Of a stretch of DNA of 37,082 nucleotides, positions 27,201-36,926 are shown one piece after another. This DNA is from Planctomycetota bacterium (lineage in GTDB: Bacteria; Planctomycetota; GCA-002687715; DRQF01): contig JAZGFI010000164.1 of assembly GCA_036479435.1 (NCBI GenBank), forward strand, positions 1-37,082. Reading direction: 5' to 3'. The position numbers were made by a program, and so were the translations under genes. The notes beneath the pieces are model-generated. The model was not told the DNA's origin, made no database searches, and was given only the letters and a program-made list of their open reading frames with translations. Numbering within the stretch: the stretch's first letter is position 1; each line of letters begins with the position of its first letter.

Positions 27201-28199
27201 CTATCGCGAAAGCGCCTTCAGGAAAGCGACGAGGGCGTCGACGTCTTTGTCATCGAGGACGATGGGGCGAATGCGAGAATCGAGGTGGGAGTTCTTGGTG
27301 CCGCCGTCGCGATAGAACTCGACGACTTCTTTGAGGGTCTTCATGCTGCCGTCGTGCATGTAGGGTGCAGTTAGAGTGAGCCCGCGCAGGGTCGGAGTCT
27401 TGAAACGGCCACGGTCTTCATCTTTTTTGGTGTGTGCGAAACGGCCCAGTTCGGGCTTGCCGTCTTGGGCGCTGACGCCGGTGTTGTGGAATGACTCGTT
27501 CGAGAAGTTGGCGTTGTCATGACACTGCCAACAGCGCCCACGACTTTCGTAGAGCCAAAGCCCGCGCTTCTCAAGATTGTTGAGCGTGTTGGCGTCACCG
27601 CTGCGAAAGCGATCCACGGGACTGTCGGCACGACGAAGATGGCGGATGAAGTGGGCCAAAGAGCTGGCCAGAGTGGACTTGTCGAGTTCTCGCTTTGGCC
27701 ACGCCTTAGCGAAAAGGGCGGGGTATTCTTTTGAATCTTGAAGGCGCTTCAGAGCCGCGGGGACCCCGAGTGCCATCTCCTTTTCATTGTCGATGGGGTC
27801 CGTGACCTGGGCCTCCAAAGTTGCAAACCGACCGTCCCACATGAAACTTTCACCGAGGTAACGGTTGACGAGCGAAGGTGCGTTGAAACCAGTGGTCTTA
27901 CCGCCGACACCTTTGGAGGTCGCCACGGAATCGGCGAAGGCGAGCTCGGGTTTGTGACAGTTGCTGCAGGCGATGGTGCGATCTAGGGACAACATCGGAT
28001 CAAAGAACAGCTTGCGTCCCAGCTCGAGTCGATCGGCGCTTCGGGCGTGCTTGAGGCCGGGATGAGTTGGTTTGGGGAGTGGATCTGGAACGGAGGTGAC
28101 CACATATTCGTGGGGCTCTGTCTTTTGAGCCATCGCCGCGGTGCCGCCGCCCAAAAACAGAGTCAAAGTGCCGATGGCAATCACGCTGCGACAGATCAT
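27201..28199 (-). CDS. Di-heme cytochrome c peroxidase / MauG family protein
   Basis: Signal peptide, LGRKLFFDP.LS, two CxxCH (CSNCH, CWQCH), FMWDGR and FKTPTLR....TAPYMHDG. Confidence 0.93.
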   Translation of the reverse strand: MICRSVIAIGTLTLFLGGGTAAMAQKTEPHEYVVTSVPDPLPKPTHPGLKHARSADRLELGRKLFFDPMLSLDRTIACSNCHKPELAFADSVATSKGVGGKTTGFNAPSLVNRYLGESFMWDGRFATLEAQVTDPIDNEKEMALGVPAALKRLQDSKEYPALFAKAWPKRELDKSTLASSLAHFIRHLRRADSPVDRFRSGDANTLNNLEKRGLWLYESRGRCWQCHDNANFSNESFHNTGVSAQDGKPELGRFAHTKKDEDRGRFKTPTLRGLTLTAPYMHDGSMKTLKEVVEFYRDGGTKNSHLDSRIRPIVLDDKDVDALVAFLKALSR

Positions 28200-28288
28200 C
28201 TACCCGTACCTCCAAGCCAGCACTCTCGGCCATTATTGATTCGAAAGCAAGTCGCCCTGGAAACGCCTGGGCGCCCGAGACCTTTCGC

Positions 28289-30898
28289 TTAACCCGTTCG
28301 CAGGTCTGCCACCGGGTCCAGCCGGTTGGTGCGCCAGATCGGGTAAAGCACGGCGAGGACCGCCAAGGCCCAGGAACCGATCAGGACGTACAGCGAAAAC
28401 CACCCCGCCCCCCGCGTGGGCAAAGGCAATCCCGAGACGAGCTCCAGCGCTCCGATCACCAACGGTGACAGAATCGACCCCATCAGCAATCCGAGGAGGC
28501 CGCCGATGATCCCGGTGAGGCTCGCCTCAACCAGGGTCGCGCCGGCGATCTGGCGTGGCTCGGCGCCGAGAGCGCGGAGGATGCCGAATTCCTTGCGGCG
28601 CTCCAAAGCTGAAAGCAGTTGACCATTGAGTAGCCCCATCGCCGCCAACAGAGCGGAGAGCCCCAAGATGATGTCGAAGAGAAAAAAGTCCCGGTCGATG
28701 TCGTAGCGGAAGAAATCATGAATAAACCGGCCGCTTTCGTAACGCCATTTCCCGGCGCCCGGAAAAGCGAGTTCCAACTTCGATCGCAGATCCGCTAGCA
28801 CTTTGCCGTCATCGTCGGAGCCGTCCTTCAATCTCAGGCTCACTCGGTTGACTCGGGTCGGCTTGACGCAAAAGTCATTCGCCATGGTGCGGGCACTGAT
28901 GACGCCGTAGAGACGTTCGTCGGGGTGGGGCGCATAGCCGTAGTCGTCTGAGACTGCAATGACAATGAACAACTCGACAACGCCGCGGCCGGTACGGATC
29001 GGGATTTCGTCTCCCGGTAAGTACCCGAGGTCCGTGGCCAGCCGACCGGAAACGATGATTCCCCTGCGCTCGCGGAATCGATGAAGCAAGTTCTCGTTCT
29101 GCAGCGGCCCGTAGTCACGAAGCTGATCGTCGGGAATGCCGACAATCAGAAACGGGGCGTAGGTCCGCATGCTGCCGTGCTCAATCGACAGGACCTCCGG
29201 GTGGTCCAAGACGACGCCCTTGAAGGTTTCGTAGTCGACGTCGGGAATGTCGGTGATGAAAAGCCGGTCCTTGAGCGCCACGTCACTCCATACGTCGATC
29301 TCGGCGCTAAGGCTATTCGTCATGCCCTTCAGCACGATGAAGGCCGTGGCGACCATCGCGACTCCAATGATGCCGACAGCGATGCGAGTGGGCCGTTCGA
29401 GCAAAGTTCGACTGGCCAATAGGCCCGCGAAGGGAAACCAGCGCTGCAAAGGTTTGGCAAACCACGCTCCCATTCGCGCCAGTACCTCAGGTACCAGTAG
29501 GGGAAGGCCAACCAGCAGCGACAGGAATCCCGTTCCGATGAAAAGCGTCGTCGCAAAAGTCGCGGCGAACTCGCCAACACTGGGGACCACGATAATGTAG
29601 AGCAGCGGCAAGGCGAAGGCCAACAGGACCGCGCTGAAGAAGCGAAATCCTCGCGAGCCCTCATTGCTTTCGAAGGCCTGTTCGCCACCTAGGCCGGCGG
29701 CAGAGGAACCCTTCTTGAGCCGCAGAATCGGGTAGACCGATCCGAGCAAGGCCATCGCGCAGCCGACGCCAATGAGCGGCAACACCGTTCCCCAGGGGAT
29801 CTCGAAGACTTCAATATTCTTGCCGACGCCGAGCGTTGTGATTTTTAGCTTGAGCAAGATCTTGGCGATTGCCGCGCCCAAACCGAGACCGGCAACACCG
29901 CCCAACAGCGCCAAAATGCAGGCTTCCAGAAAAAAGACACCCGCGATCTGGCGGCGAGTTGTTCCTAGTGCATGCAGAGTCGAAATCTCGCGCACCCGTT
30001 CGATGAGGGCGATCGACAGGGTGTGGAAAATCACGAAGAGGCCTAGGACCATCGTGAGGAGCCCGGCGAAACGCACGCCGTTGCGAAACGCCCGCTCGTC
30101 TGCGGCCTGTCCCACCAGAATCTGGCGGTTGATATCGTAAGAGTAGGACTCGCCGAGACTCATCTTCAAACGTTCGATGTCGACGCGAGGGTCACGCTTG
30201 ATGACGAAGGTCTCGCCGATGTTGACACCCTCGAAGAGGTCGCGGCCACGCGCATAGTCGGCGATGACCAGGCGTCCCCGTGAGCGAGCGCCCAGTCGCT
30301 CTCTAGCCAAAATGCCCGCGACCAGGAAAGTCTCCGCTCGCGGCGGCAGCGGCTTGTCGGGATGCACCAACTGGATCTGACCATCGACGCACAGTTTCTT
30401 GGCTGAACTCGGCGGTCGGATTAACGTGAGGCGGTCGCCGGGAGAGAGGCGAAGGTCTTCAGCGAGGCCATTTCCGATCAGGATTTCCTGGTTGCGGTTG
30501 TGCGGATCGAGGTCCTTGCCTTTTTCGACGCGGTAGACACCGAGGCCTTTGGCCTCGGAGGTCTCGATTCCGTAGAAACGTGTACGGCGCGGAGCCTTGG
30601 AGGAGTCGTCGGGAAGCTGGGCGAGGACTTCATTCTGAAAAAACGCCGAGACCTTGGCGACGCCCGGTATGCCTGCGAGGTCGCGGCGCGGATCCAAAGT
30701 CTTCACCGTCGGGCTGACTTCGATGTCAGCTCGCCAGTCGGAACCGCTGGGCTGCGACAGGCCAAGAATAGTATTGTGGTCGAGCGTGAAGATCCCGACC
30801 ACGGTGGCGATGCCGATCGCAATACCAAAAACGGCGAAGAAGGTCCGGCTTGGACGGGCGAGAAGGCTGCGGAAGGCGAGAAGGCTTGCGAGTCTCAT
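28289..30898 (-). CDS. ABC transporter permease, duplicated MacB/FtsX type
   Basis: 869 aa with two MacB-periplasmic + FtsX repeats (ERVREISTLHALG, ERRKEFGILRALG). Confidence 0.92.
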   Translation of the reverse strand: MRLASLLAFRSLLARPSRTFFAVFGIAIGIATVVGIFTLDHNTILGLSQPSGSDWRADIEVSPTVKTLDPRRDLAGIPGVAKVSAFFQNEVLAQLPDDSSKAPRRTRFYGIETSEAKGLGVYRVEKGKDLDPHNRNQEILIGNGLAEDLRLSPGDRLTLIRPPSSAKKLCVDGQIQLVHPDKPLPPRAETFLVAGILARERLGARSRGRLVIADYARGRDLFEGVNIGETFVIKRDPRVDIERLKMSLGESYSYDINRQILVGQAADERAFRNGVRFAGLLTMVLGLFVIFHTLSIALIERVREISTLHALGTTRRQIAGVFFLEACILALLGGVAGLGLGAAIAKILLKLKITTLGVGKNIEVFEIPWGTVLPLIGVGCAMALLGSVYPILRLKKGSSAAGLGGEQAFESNEGSRGFRFFSAVLLAFALPLLYIIVVPSVGEFAATFATTLFIGTGFLSLLVGLPLLVPEVLARMGAWFAKPLQRWFPFAGLLASRTLLERPTRIAVGIIGVAMVATAFIVLKGMTNSLSAEIDVWSDVALKDRLFITDIPDVDYETFKGVVLDHPEVLSIEHGSMRTYAPFLIVGIPDDQLRDYGPLQNENLLHRFRERRGIIVSGRLATDLGYLPGDEIPIRTGRGVVELFIVIAVSDDYGYAPHPDERLYGVISARTMANDFCVKPTRVNRVSLRLKDGSDDDGKVLADLRSKLELAFPGAGKWRYESGRFIHDFFRYDIDRDFFLFDIILGLSALLAAMGLLNGQLLSALERRKEFGILRALGAEPRQIAGATLVEASLTGIIGGLLGLLMGSILSPLVIGALELVSGLPLPTRGAGWFSLYVLIGSWALAVLAVLYPIWRTNRLDPVADLRTG

Positions 30899-30905
30899 CG
30901 ACCCC

Positions 30906-31649
30906 TCAAATACTCAGCGCACTGAGCGCCTCGTGAACGGCTTCAGTTGTGATATCTGGGCCCTTCAAGACCTGCTCCGTGTCGATCTGCCCGTCGACGA
31001 GGAAGAGTACTCGATCGGCGAAAGTGGCGTCGCGCGGATTGTGAGTAACCAACAAGATGCTGCGTCCATCATCTTTGTTGACTTGGCGCAAGCTCTCCAT
31101 GACTTCGCGACCGGCACGCTGACTGAGGTTGCCGGTGGGTTCGTCACAAAGCAGAAGCTCTTGTCCACCCGCAAGCGCACGCGCGATTGAGGTGCGCTGC
31201 ATTTCGCCTCCGCTCAACTCGTGAGGCAATGCTGAGGCCCGGGCAGTTAATCCAAAGCGCTCGATCAGCGTCTCGACTAGCGCGATGCCTGCCGCGTCCT
31301 GCTGACCGGCGATGGTCAAGGGCAAGAGGATATTCTCACGGCAAGACAGATTCGGCATCAAGTTGAAGAACTGGAAGACGTGGCCAATTGTGCGGCGGCG
31401 CTTCAAGGTGAGATCGCGACCCTCGAGATCGGCGAGGTCTTGGCCGTCCAAAAAAATACGCCCGCCCGATGGTCGATCTAAGCCCGACAGCAAGTGCAAT
31501 AGAGTGCTCTTGCCGGAACCGCTCGGGCCCATGATGCAAAGGAATTCACCGCGCGTTTGCTGAAAACTCAAGCCCCGAAGGACCGGGGTCGCGCCCCGCT
31601 TGGATTCGTGAATCTTGACGAGGTCTTCGACCTTGATGATGTCGGTCAT
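30906..31649 (-). CDS. ABC transporter ATP-binding protein (LolD/MacB-like)
   Basis: GPSGSGKS, VFQFFNL, LSGGEMQR, LLCDEPTGNL and LVTH motifs. Confidence 0.96.
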   Translation of the reverse strand: MTDIIKVEDLVKIHESKRGATPVLRGLSFQQTRGEFLCIMGPSGSGKSTLLHLLSGLDRPSGGRIFLDGQDLADLEGRDLTLKRRRTIGHVFQFFNLMPNLSCRENILLPLTIAGQQDAAGIALVETLIERFGLTARASALPHELSGGEMQRTSIARALAGGQELLLCDEPTGNLSQRAGREVMESLRQVNKDDGRSILLVTHNPRDATFADRVLFLVDGQIDTEQVLKGPDITTEAVHEALSALSI

Positions 31650-31656
31650 TGAGATC

Positions 31657-33111
31657 TCAATGGAGATCGGGAACGAGTCGCCAGCGATCGCCCGACTCAG
31701 CTTTCATGGCCAGTTGGGCGGGCTCAAGCAAAAAGACCCGGGTCTGCTGCGATGTGCTCGTGAGCGTGACGTGACCGTCGGCGACACGATACTGCCCAAG
31801 CTCGATGCGGTTTTCGCCGTCGGCGACTTCAGTCGCGCGGTAGCGTCCGTCAGTTTCGAATTGAATGTCCGCGCTGTGCCCACCCCGAAAGACCCCATTC
31901 TCGTCGTAGAGGTCGAATGCTGGGCGGCGGACGCGGCAGCGCATCTCTAACTTGTCACCCTTCAAGGCAAACGCAGAAAACTCAGGGATTTTCGCGCCAC
32001 CGTGAAGGCTTGCGATCGTTTGAAGGGCGAGGCCCCAAGATCGTCCCTGCCAGCCCGCCGGCAGCGACAAGAACGCCAAGTGAACCGATCCGCCGCGCTC
32101 AAAGACGACGACTTGTTGGCCGCGTTTTCCGTTGTGGCTGAAGACGCCGATTCCTTCGCCGCCGCCGGGCATGCGCACCCGCGCGGCATCTTCTAGCCGG
32201 CTCGCCGGAAACAGCTTCATCTGGTCGACCAACAACACCTTGGCGAGCTGCTTGGCCTCACTTCGTCCAAGTGTCTTGCTGTCTTTGCGTGCTAAAGATC
32301 GTAGCACGAGTTCGGTGCCATCGGGGGCTTCGAGCTGAGTCGCCACCGAGTTGTCGTCGGTACGTATGCGGTTGACGGGCCAAGTGGCGAGGTGCGAAAA
32401 CCCCTGGATCGTAGGCCCCGTCACCGGCCGCAGCAACTTCTGTCGTTGTGGGTTCAAGGAAGTGCGAAAAGAATTGAGCACGGCTCGCGCTCTTTCATCG
32501 AGTCCCTTCGGCGGGCCTTTGGACTCGTTCTCGCGCCAAGAAAATTCCGCCGCCAAGACGCTGGTATTGGCTACCGCGTAGAGCAAGTAACCGCGCCGGC
32601 TGGCTTTGCTGCTGCCCTCAGGGGTCAAGGCGAATGCCGCAATCTGAGCGTCGAGGTTGCCAATCGGCGCTTTTTCGCCCGCGCTTATTTCGAGTCGGTG
32701 CTGGGGATTCCTGCGGAGCATGTCTCGAGCCAAGGTCTCGCGAACGAGCCGCTCGGGATCGGGACACAAAAGCAAACTTGCTTCATGTCCAATCGCCGTG
32801 ACCCACAGCGTGGGCGCTGCCGCCGCAGAGCTGTGCGTGGCTTTTACCCAATGGTAGGCGGGGTTAGCAGGGTTGCTGTGCTCGACTCGCCAGTCTTTGC
32901 CGTAGGCAAAAGAGAATGAGAACACGAGGTCGTGGCGGTAGCGAAGACTGAGGTTCGTAGCCCTGTCTTGGCCTGACCCTTGGGCCAACATGGCGCTCGC
33001 CAAGATCGTCGATCCAAGGCCCATGACAACACAACAAAAGGCGAGCCGAAGAAACCGAGCGCCCAAACCATAGCTCATGCTCTGCAACCCTTGCTCGCCT
33101 TCACATTTCAT
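31657..33111 (-). CDS. Hypothetical exported protein
   Basis: 484-aa ORF with a signal-like hydrophobic stretch, packed 7-8 bp from both neighbours; start uncertain. Confidence 0.7.
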   Translation of the reverse strand: MKCEGEQGLQSMSYGLGARFLRLAFCCVVMGLGSTILASAMLAQGSGQDRATNLSLRYRHDLVFSFSFAYGKDWRVEHSNPANPAYHWVKATHSSAAAAPTLWVTAIGHEASLLLCPDPERLVRETLARDMLRRNPQHRLEISAGEKAPIGNLDAQIAAFALTPEGSSKASRRGYLLYAVANTSVLAAEFSWRENESKGPPKGLDERARAVLNSFRTSLNPQRQKLLRPVTGPTIQGFSHLATWPVNRIRTDDNSVATQLEAPDGTELVLRSLARKDSKTLGRSEAKQLAKVLLVDQMKLFPASRLEDAARVRMPGGGEGIGVFSHNGKRGQQVVVFERGGSVHLAFLSLPAGWQGRSWGLALQTIASLHGGAKIPEFSAFALKGDKLEMRCRVRRPAFDLYDENGVFRGGHSADIQFETDGRYRATEVADGENRIELGQYRVADGHVTLTSTSQQTRVFLLEPAQLAMKAESGDRWRLVPDLH

Positions 33112-33119
33112 CTGATCTC

Positions 33120-35159
33120 TTACTCGTTTTTGAACACCGGTCGCGACTTGCCGAGAGTAGAAAGCCCTTCGTAGGCGTCTTTCGTGCGGAAAATCTCGTC
33201 GAGGTGGGAGAGTTCCATTTGGAGACCCTCAGCTAAGGAGACGGCCGTGCCCTCGGTGATTAGCTTATCCGAAAGCCGCAAGGCAATGGGGGCCTTAAAG
33301 CTAATGGACTTCAAAGCGCGCGCGGCGTGCTTGTCCTGGGTGGAGGCCGGGTCCATGCCTCGGAAGGATTCGAGGTCGGTATCGGTGAAAAGCTCGCCCA
33401 AGGCCTCGAAGCCCGCGGGAACCTGATCGGGGCCGGGGCAATCCCGATCGCGCTTGCCCTGGGCGCCCAGGCGCTGAATGGCGGCGTCGAGACCTTCAAA
33501 GCCCGTGACTTCGTCCACCAATCCCATGCTCAAGGCGGTTTTCGCGTCGACCATGGCACCGGAAAGCACGAGCCAGCGGGCGAGGGCTTTGCCGATGCGG
33601 CGTGGCAAGCGTTGCGTGCCGCCGAGTCCGGGGTAGATGCCGATTCCGGTTTCGGGGAAGGCCATCGTCGCCTTTTCGGTCGCGACGATGTAGTCGCAAG
33701 CCAAAGCGATTTCACAGCCGCCACCGAGCGCTAAGCCGTCGACGCGGGCGATCACGGGTTTAGATGACTTCGCGAAGCTCGCGATGAGATCTTGTCCCTT
33801 GGACGTGAAGGACTGGATTGCCGGGATGTCATCCTTCTCAATGTTCTTGACGAAGAAGCGAATGTCGGCGCCAGCGATGAAGCCCTTTCCCTTGCCAGCG
33901 ATGACAATGGTCTTCACCTCAGGATCGGCGTCCACCTCGGTGAAGCGCGCCTGAAGTTGGGCGACAAGTTCTTCGTTGATCGCATTCATCGCGTCCGGGC
34001 GATTCAACCACAGTGTCGCGGTGTCGCCTTCGCGTTCGACCTGAACCAGTTCGAACTCGAAGGGTGCGCCCTTTTCGACTTGCGCCGCCAAGTGAATCGG
34101 AACTTCGACGTCCCAGCGCTTGCCGAGGGCCGCGACCATTTCGACGGCGCGCGGCACACCGATGCGGTTCATGAGTTCAAAGGGGCCTTTCGACCAGCGA
34201 AGACCGACGCGGGCTCCGATGTCGATGTCCTCGATACTGCCCACCTCGTCGTCGAGCAATTCACCCGCGACCAAAAAGACGACGCCGAGTAAACGGTCAC
34301 CGACCAAGTCGAACTTCGACTCATCGACGTCGCCGTCAAGGCTCCAATGCTCCCCTGTGCTGACTTGTTCTTTGAGTTTGGCCGCCGGGGCGTAGAAGTC
34401 GCCGAGTTCACGGCCGAGAGTCGTGGCCGCGTGCATGGCGATCGGCACGCCGGTGACGTTCATGAGTTCGAAGGGGCCCATGCCGATCCGAAAGGCCTTT
34501 TTGGCCGCAGCCTCAATCGTCGCGATGTTGGCGATGCCTTCTTCCAAAAGGCGTACGGATTCGTTCAACCAAGGAACAAAATAGCGGTTGACGACAAATC
34601 CCGGCGCGTCCGAACAAGCGATCGGCGTCTTGCCCATCGCCTCTTGGATGGCCCAGGCTTTCTTGTAGATGGCGGCGTCGGTTTGTTTGGTGGGAACGAC
34701 TTCGACGAGGCGGTTTTTGGCGGGGTGATAAAAGTAGTGAAGCCCCACGACACGCTCGGGGTTCTTGACTTCGAGTGCGAGATCACAAACATAAAACGAC
34801 GAGGTGTTGGAGCCCAAGATGGCGCCTGACTTAGTGTGTTCCGACAAGCGGCGAAAGACGTCTTTTTTGACGGCGAGGTCTTCGAAGACGGCCTCCACCA
34901 CCATTTCGCAATCGCCCAACTTTGCCCAGTCGGTCGTCGGCTCAATAAGCCCGAGGATGGTGTCGGCACGCGCCGGCGACAAGATTCGCCGTTCGACGGC
35001 TTCGTCGAGGGTCTTTTTGATTCCCGCGATTCCGCGTTCTAGTCCGTCATGGTTGAGGTCCACCAAGACGACTTTGAATCCCTCAGTCGCCATCTTCTGA
35101 GCGATTCCGGAACCCATATTTCCGGCTCCGATCACCGCTAACCGTCGCTCATCGCTCAT
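33120..35159 (-). CDS. 3-hydroxyacyl-CoA dehydrogenase / enoyl-CoA hydratase fusion (HAD N-terminal, ECH C-terminal)
   Basis: GAGNMGSGIA, VEAVFED, SNTSS, GLHYF..PA...LVE and PGFVVNR, then LNRPDAMNA, AGADI, GGGCEIALACD and PETGIG.YPG.GGTQRL. Confidence 0.95.
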   Translation of the reverse strand: MSDERRLAVIGAGNMGSGIAQKMATEGFKVVLVDLNHDGLERGIAGIKKTLDEAVERRILSPARADTILGLIEPTTDWAKLGDCEMVVEAVFEDLAVKKDVFRRLSEHTKSGAILGSNTSSFYVCDLALEVKNPERVVGLHYFYHPAKNRLVEVVPTKQTDAAIYKKAWAIQEAMGKTPIACSDAPGFVVNRYFVPWLNESVRLLEEGIANIATIEAAAKKAFRIGMGPFELMNVTGVPIAMHAATTLGRELGDFYAPAAKLKEQVSTGEHWSLDGDVDESKFDLVGDRLLGVVFLVAGELLDDEVGSIEDIDIGARVGLRWSKGPFELMNRIGVPRAVEMVAALGKRWDVEVPIHLAAQVEKGAPFEFELVQVEREGDTATLWLNRPDAMNAINEELVAQLQARFTEVDADPEVKTIVIAGKGKGFIAGADIRFFVKNIEKDDIPAIQSFTSKGQDLIASFAKSSKPVIARVDGLALGGGCEIALACDYIVATEKATMAFPETGIGIYPGLGGTQRLPRRIGKALARWLVLSGAMVDAKTALSMGLVDEVTGFEGLDAAIQRLGAQGKRDRDCPGPDQVPAGFEALGELFTDTDLESFRGMDPASTQDKHAARALKSISFKAPIALRLSDKLITEGTAVSLAEGLQMELSHLDEIFRTKDAYEGLSTLGKSRPVFKNE

Positions 35160-35294
35160 GCTTTTGTCACCCGTCGTGTCCGTTCGTGAATGAGGGACCT
35201 TCTAACACTGAGATGGGGAGGCGAACATCCCGTGGGGCGGCTTCATTTCGCCGAGGTCGTGACGCCAGGCCGTTGGTGGTCTAACCTGCGCGCC

Positions 35295-36008
35295 ATGACC
35301 ACACTCGCCAGCTTTTTGGCCGCAGGGCCTTTTCACCTTTCGCTCAGCATCGGCTGGTTTGGTTTCTATGCCCACGCGGGATTCCTGTTGGCTCTCGAGG
35401 AGGCAGGCTTTCAGCCGTCGAGCTTGAGTGGGGCCAGCAGCGGGGCGATCGCCGCCTCGGCGCGGGCCTCGGGTTTAAGTTCGCAAGAAGTCTGTGACTT
35501 GATTCTTAGTGTCGGCCGCCGTGATTTCTGGGACCCGGGCTGGGGCTTGGGCGTCTTGAAAGGGCAAAAACTGCGCGCCCTGCTCGCCAAGAGACTCCCG
35601 GTTCGACGCTTCGAGGATGCTGTGATTCCGCTGAGTCTTTCGAGTTGGTCCAAGTCGCGACATGCAGTACACGTGCATACCTCGGGTGACCTTGCAGCTG
35701 GCGTTCACGCAAGTGTCGCGGTGCCACCGCTCTTCATGCCGGCGATAATCGCCGGCGAGAAGTTTGTCGACGTCGCCTACCGCGATCCCTTCGCCTTGTC
35801 GGGAGTCGATCGTGGTCGTCGGATTTTGGTTCACGATTTATGTTCAAGCCAAAAGGCGGCAGAGAAACTAAAATCTGAGCCAATCTCATCCGAAGTCTAT
35901 GTTTGCCGGTTTTCCGATCGACTTCCCATGGGGCCATTTCGCATGAAGAATGGAGCCGCCGCGATCGACGAAAGTTACCGCCGAACCAAAGACCTGCTGG
36001 GGACTTAG
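35295..36008 (+). CDS. Patatin-like phospholipase
   Basis: G.FGFYAHAG oxyanion region, GASSG nucleophile elbow and ASVAVPPLF. The catalytic Asp sits in FVDVA rather than DGG. Likely start is the ATG at 35295. Confidence 0.85.
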   Translation: MTTLASFLAAGPFHLSLSIGWFGFYAHAGFLLALEEAGFQPSSLSGASSGAIAASARASGLSSQEVCDLILSVGRRDFWDPGWGLGVLKGQKLRALLAKRLPVRRFEDAVIPLSLSSWSKSRHAVHVHTSGDLAAGVHASVAVPPLFMPAIIAGEKFVDVAYRDPFALSGVDRGRRILVHDLCSSQKAAEKLKSEPISSEVYVCRFSDRLPMGPFRMKNGAAAIDESYRRTKDLLGT

Positions 36009-36098
36009 AACTAGGACCGGAATCGGATCCAACGTGGCGCGGGATCAGACGTATTGGCAGCGCGATCAGCACGCTGATGTGCGACGAATAAGAACTCA

Positions 36099-36926
36099 AT
36101 GCCGGGAGCCGCGATGAGCCTCAACGAAGCCGACAAAAAAGCCCTCACCCGTGCCGTGCGACTATTGGAAACACCGGGTCTCGGCATCCGCGTTTCAAAC
36201 CTCATCGGCAAGCCGATTGAAGACGGTCTGAGAAAACTACCCACACCCGTCCGCGACAAGATCACGGCGGCGACCGAACTGGCGTTGCAGGCGGCCATGA
36301 AGGCGGCTTTGGCCACGATGAAGGAAGGGCAACCCGCCGCGCCGCGCAAAAGGCGCCACAAGTTTGCTGCAGCGCTTAGCGGTAGTTTGGGCGGCGCCTT
36401 CGGTTTCACCGCTTTGGCGGCCGAGCTGCCCATCTCGACCACAATCATGCTGCGCGCGATCGCCGAGATCGCTCGCGCTGAAGGCGAGGATCTGCGCCAA
36501 GCATCGACGCAGATGGCCTGCCTAGAAGTCTTCGCCCTTGGTGGCCGATCCGATCAAGACGACGGCGCCGAGTCAGCTTACTTCGCCACTCGAAACGGTC
36601 TCGCCATGCTCTCCAAAAAAGCGGCCAGCTATCTCGCCGAGAAGTCTATCGCCGACGACGCCGCTCCGATCATGCTGCGTCTCATCAGTTCCATCGCCGC
36701 CAAGTTCAGCATTCCCGTCTCCGAAAAGTTCGTAGCTCAGGCGATCCCCGTCATTGGCGCCCTCGGCGGTGGTGCCATCAACCTCTTATTCATCGACCAC
36801 TTCCAAGACGTCGCGACCGGCCACTTCACCGTGCGCCGCCTCGAAAAAACCTACGGCGAAGAACTCGTTCGCAAAGAGTACCGCCGCATCCGCGTCGCCG
36901 GCGAACCCTGGCTCGACGACACCTAG
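36099..36926 (+). CDS. EcsC family protein
   Basis: GGAFG...LAAELPISTTIMLRAIAEIAR.EGEDL, ACLEVFALGG, AQAIPVIGALGG..IN..F..HFQ..A.GHF..RRLE..YG. Start may instead be 36114. Confidence 0.92.
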   Translation: MPGAAMSLNEADKKALTRAVRLLETPGLGIRVSNLIGKPIEDGLRKLPTPVRDKITAATELALQAAMKAALATMKEGQPAAPRKRRHKFAAALSGSLGGAFGFTALAAELPISTTIMLRAIAEIARAEGEDLRQASTQMACLEVFALGGRSDQDDGAESAYFATRNGLAMLSKKAASYLAEKSIADDAAPIMLRLISSIAAKFSIPVSEKFVAQAIPVIGALGGGAINLLFIDHFQDVATGHFTVRRLEKTYGEELVRKEYRRIRVAGEPWLDDT

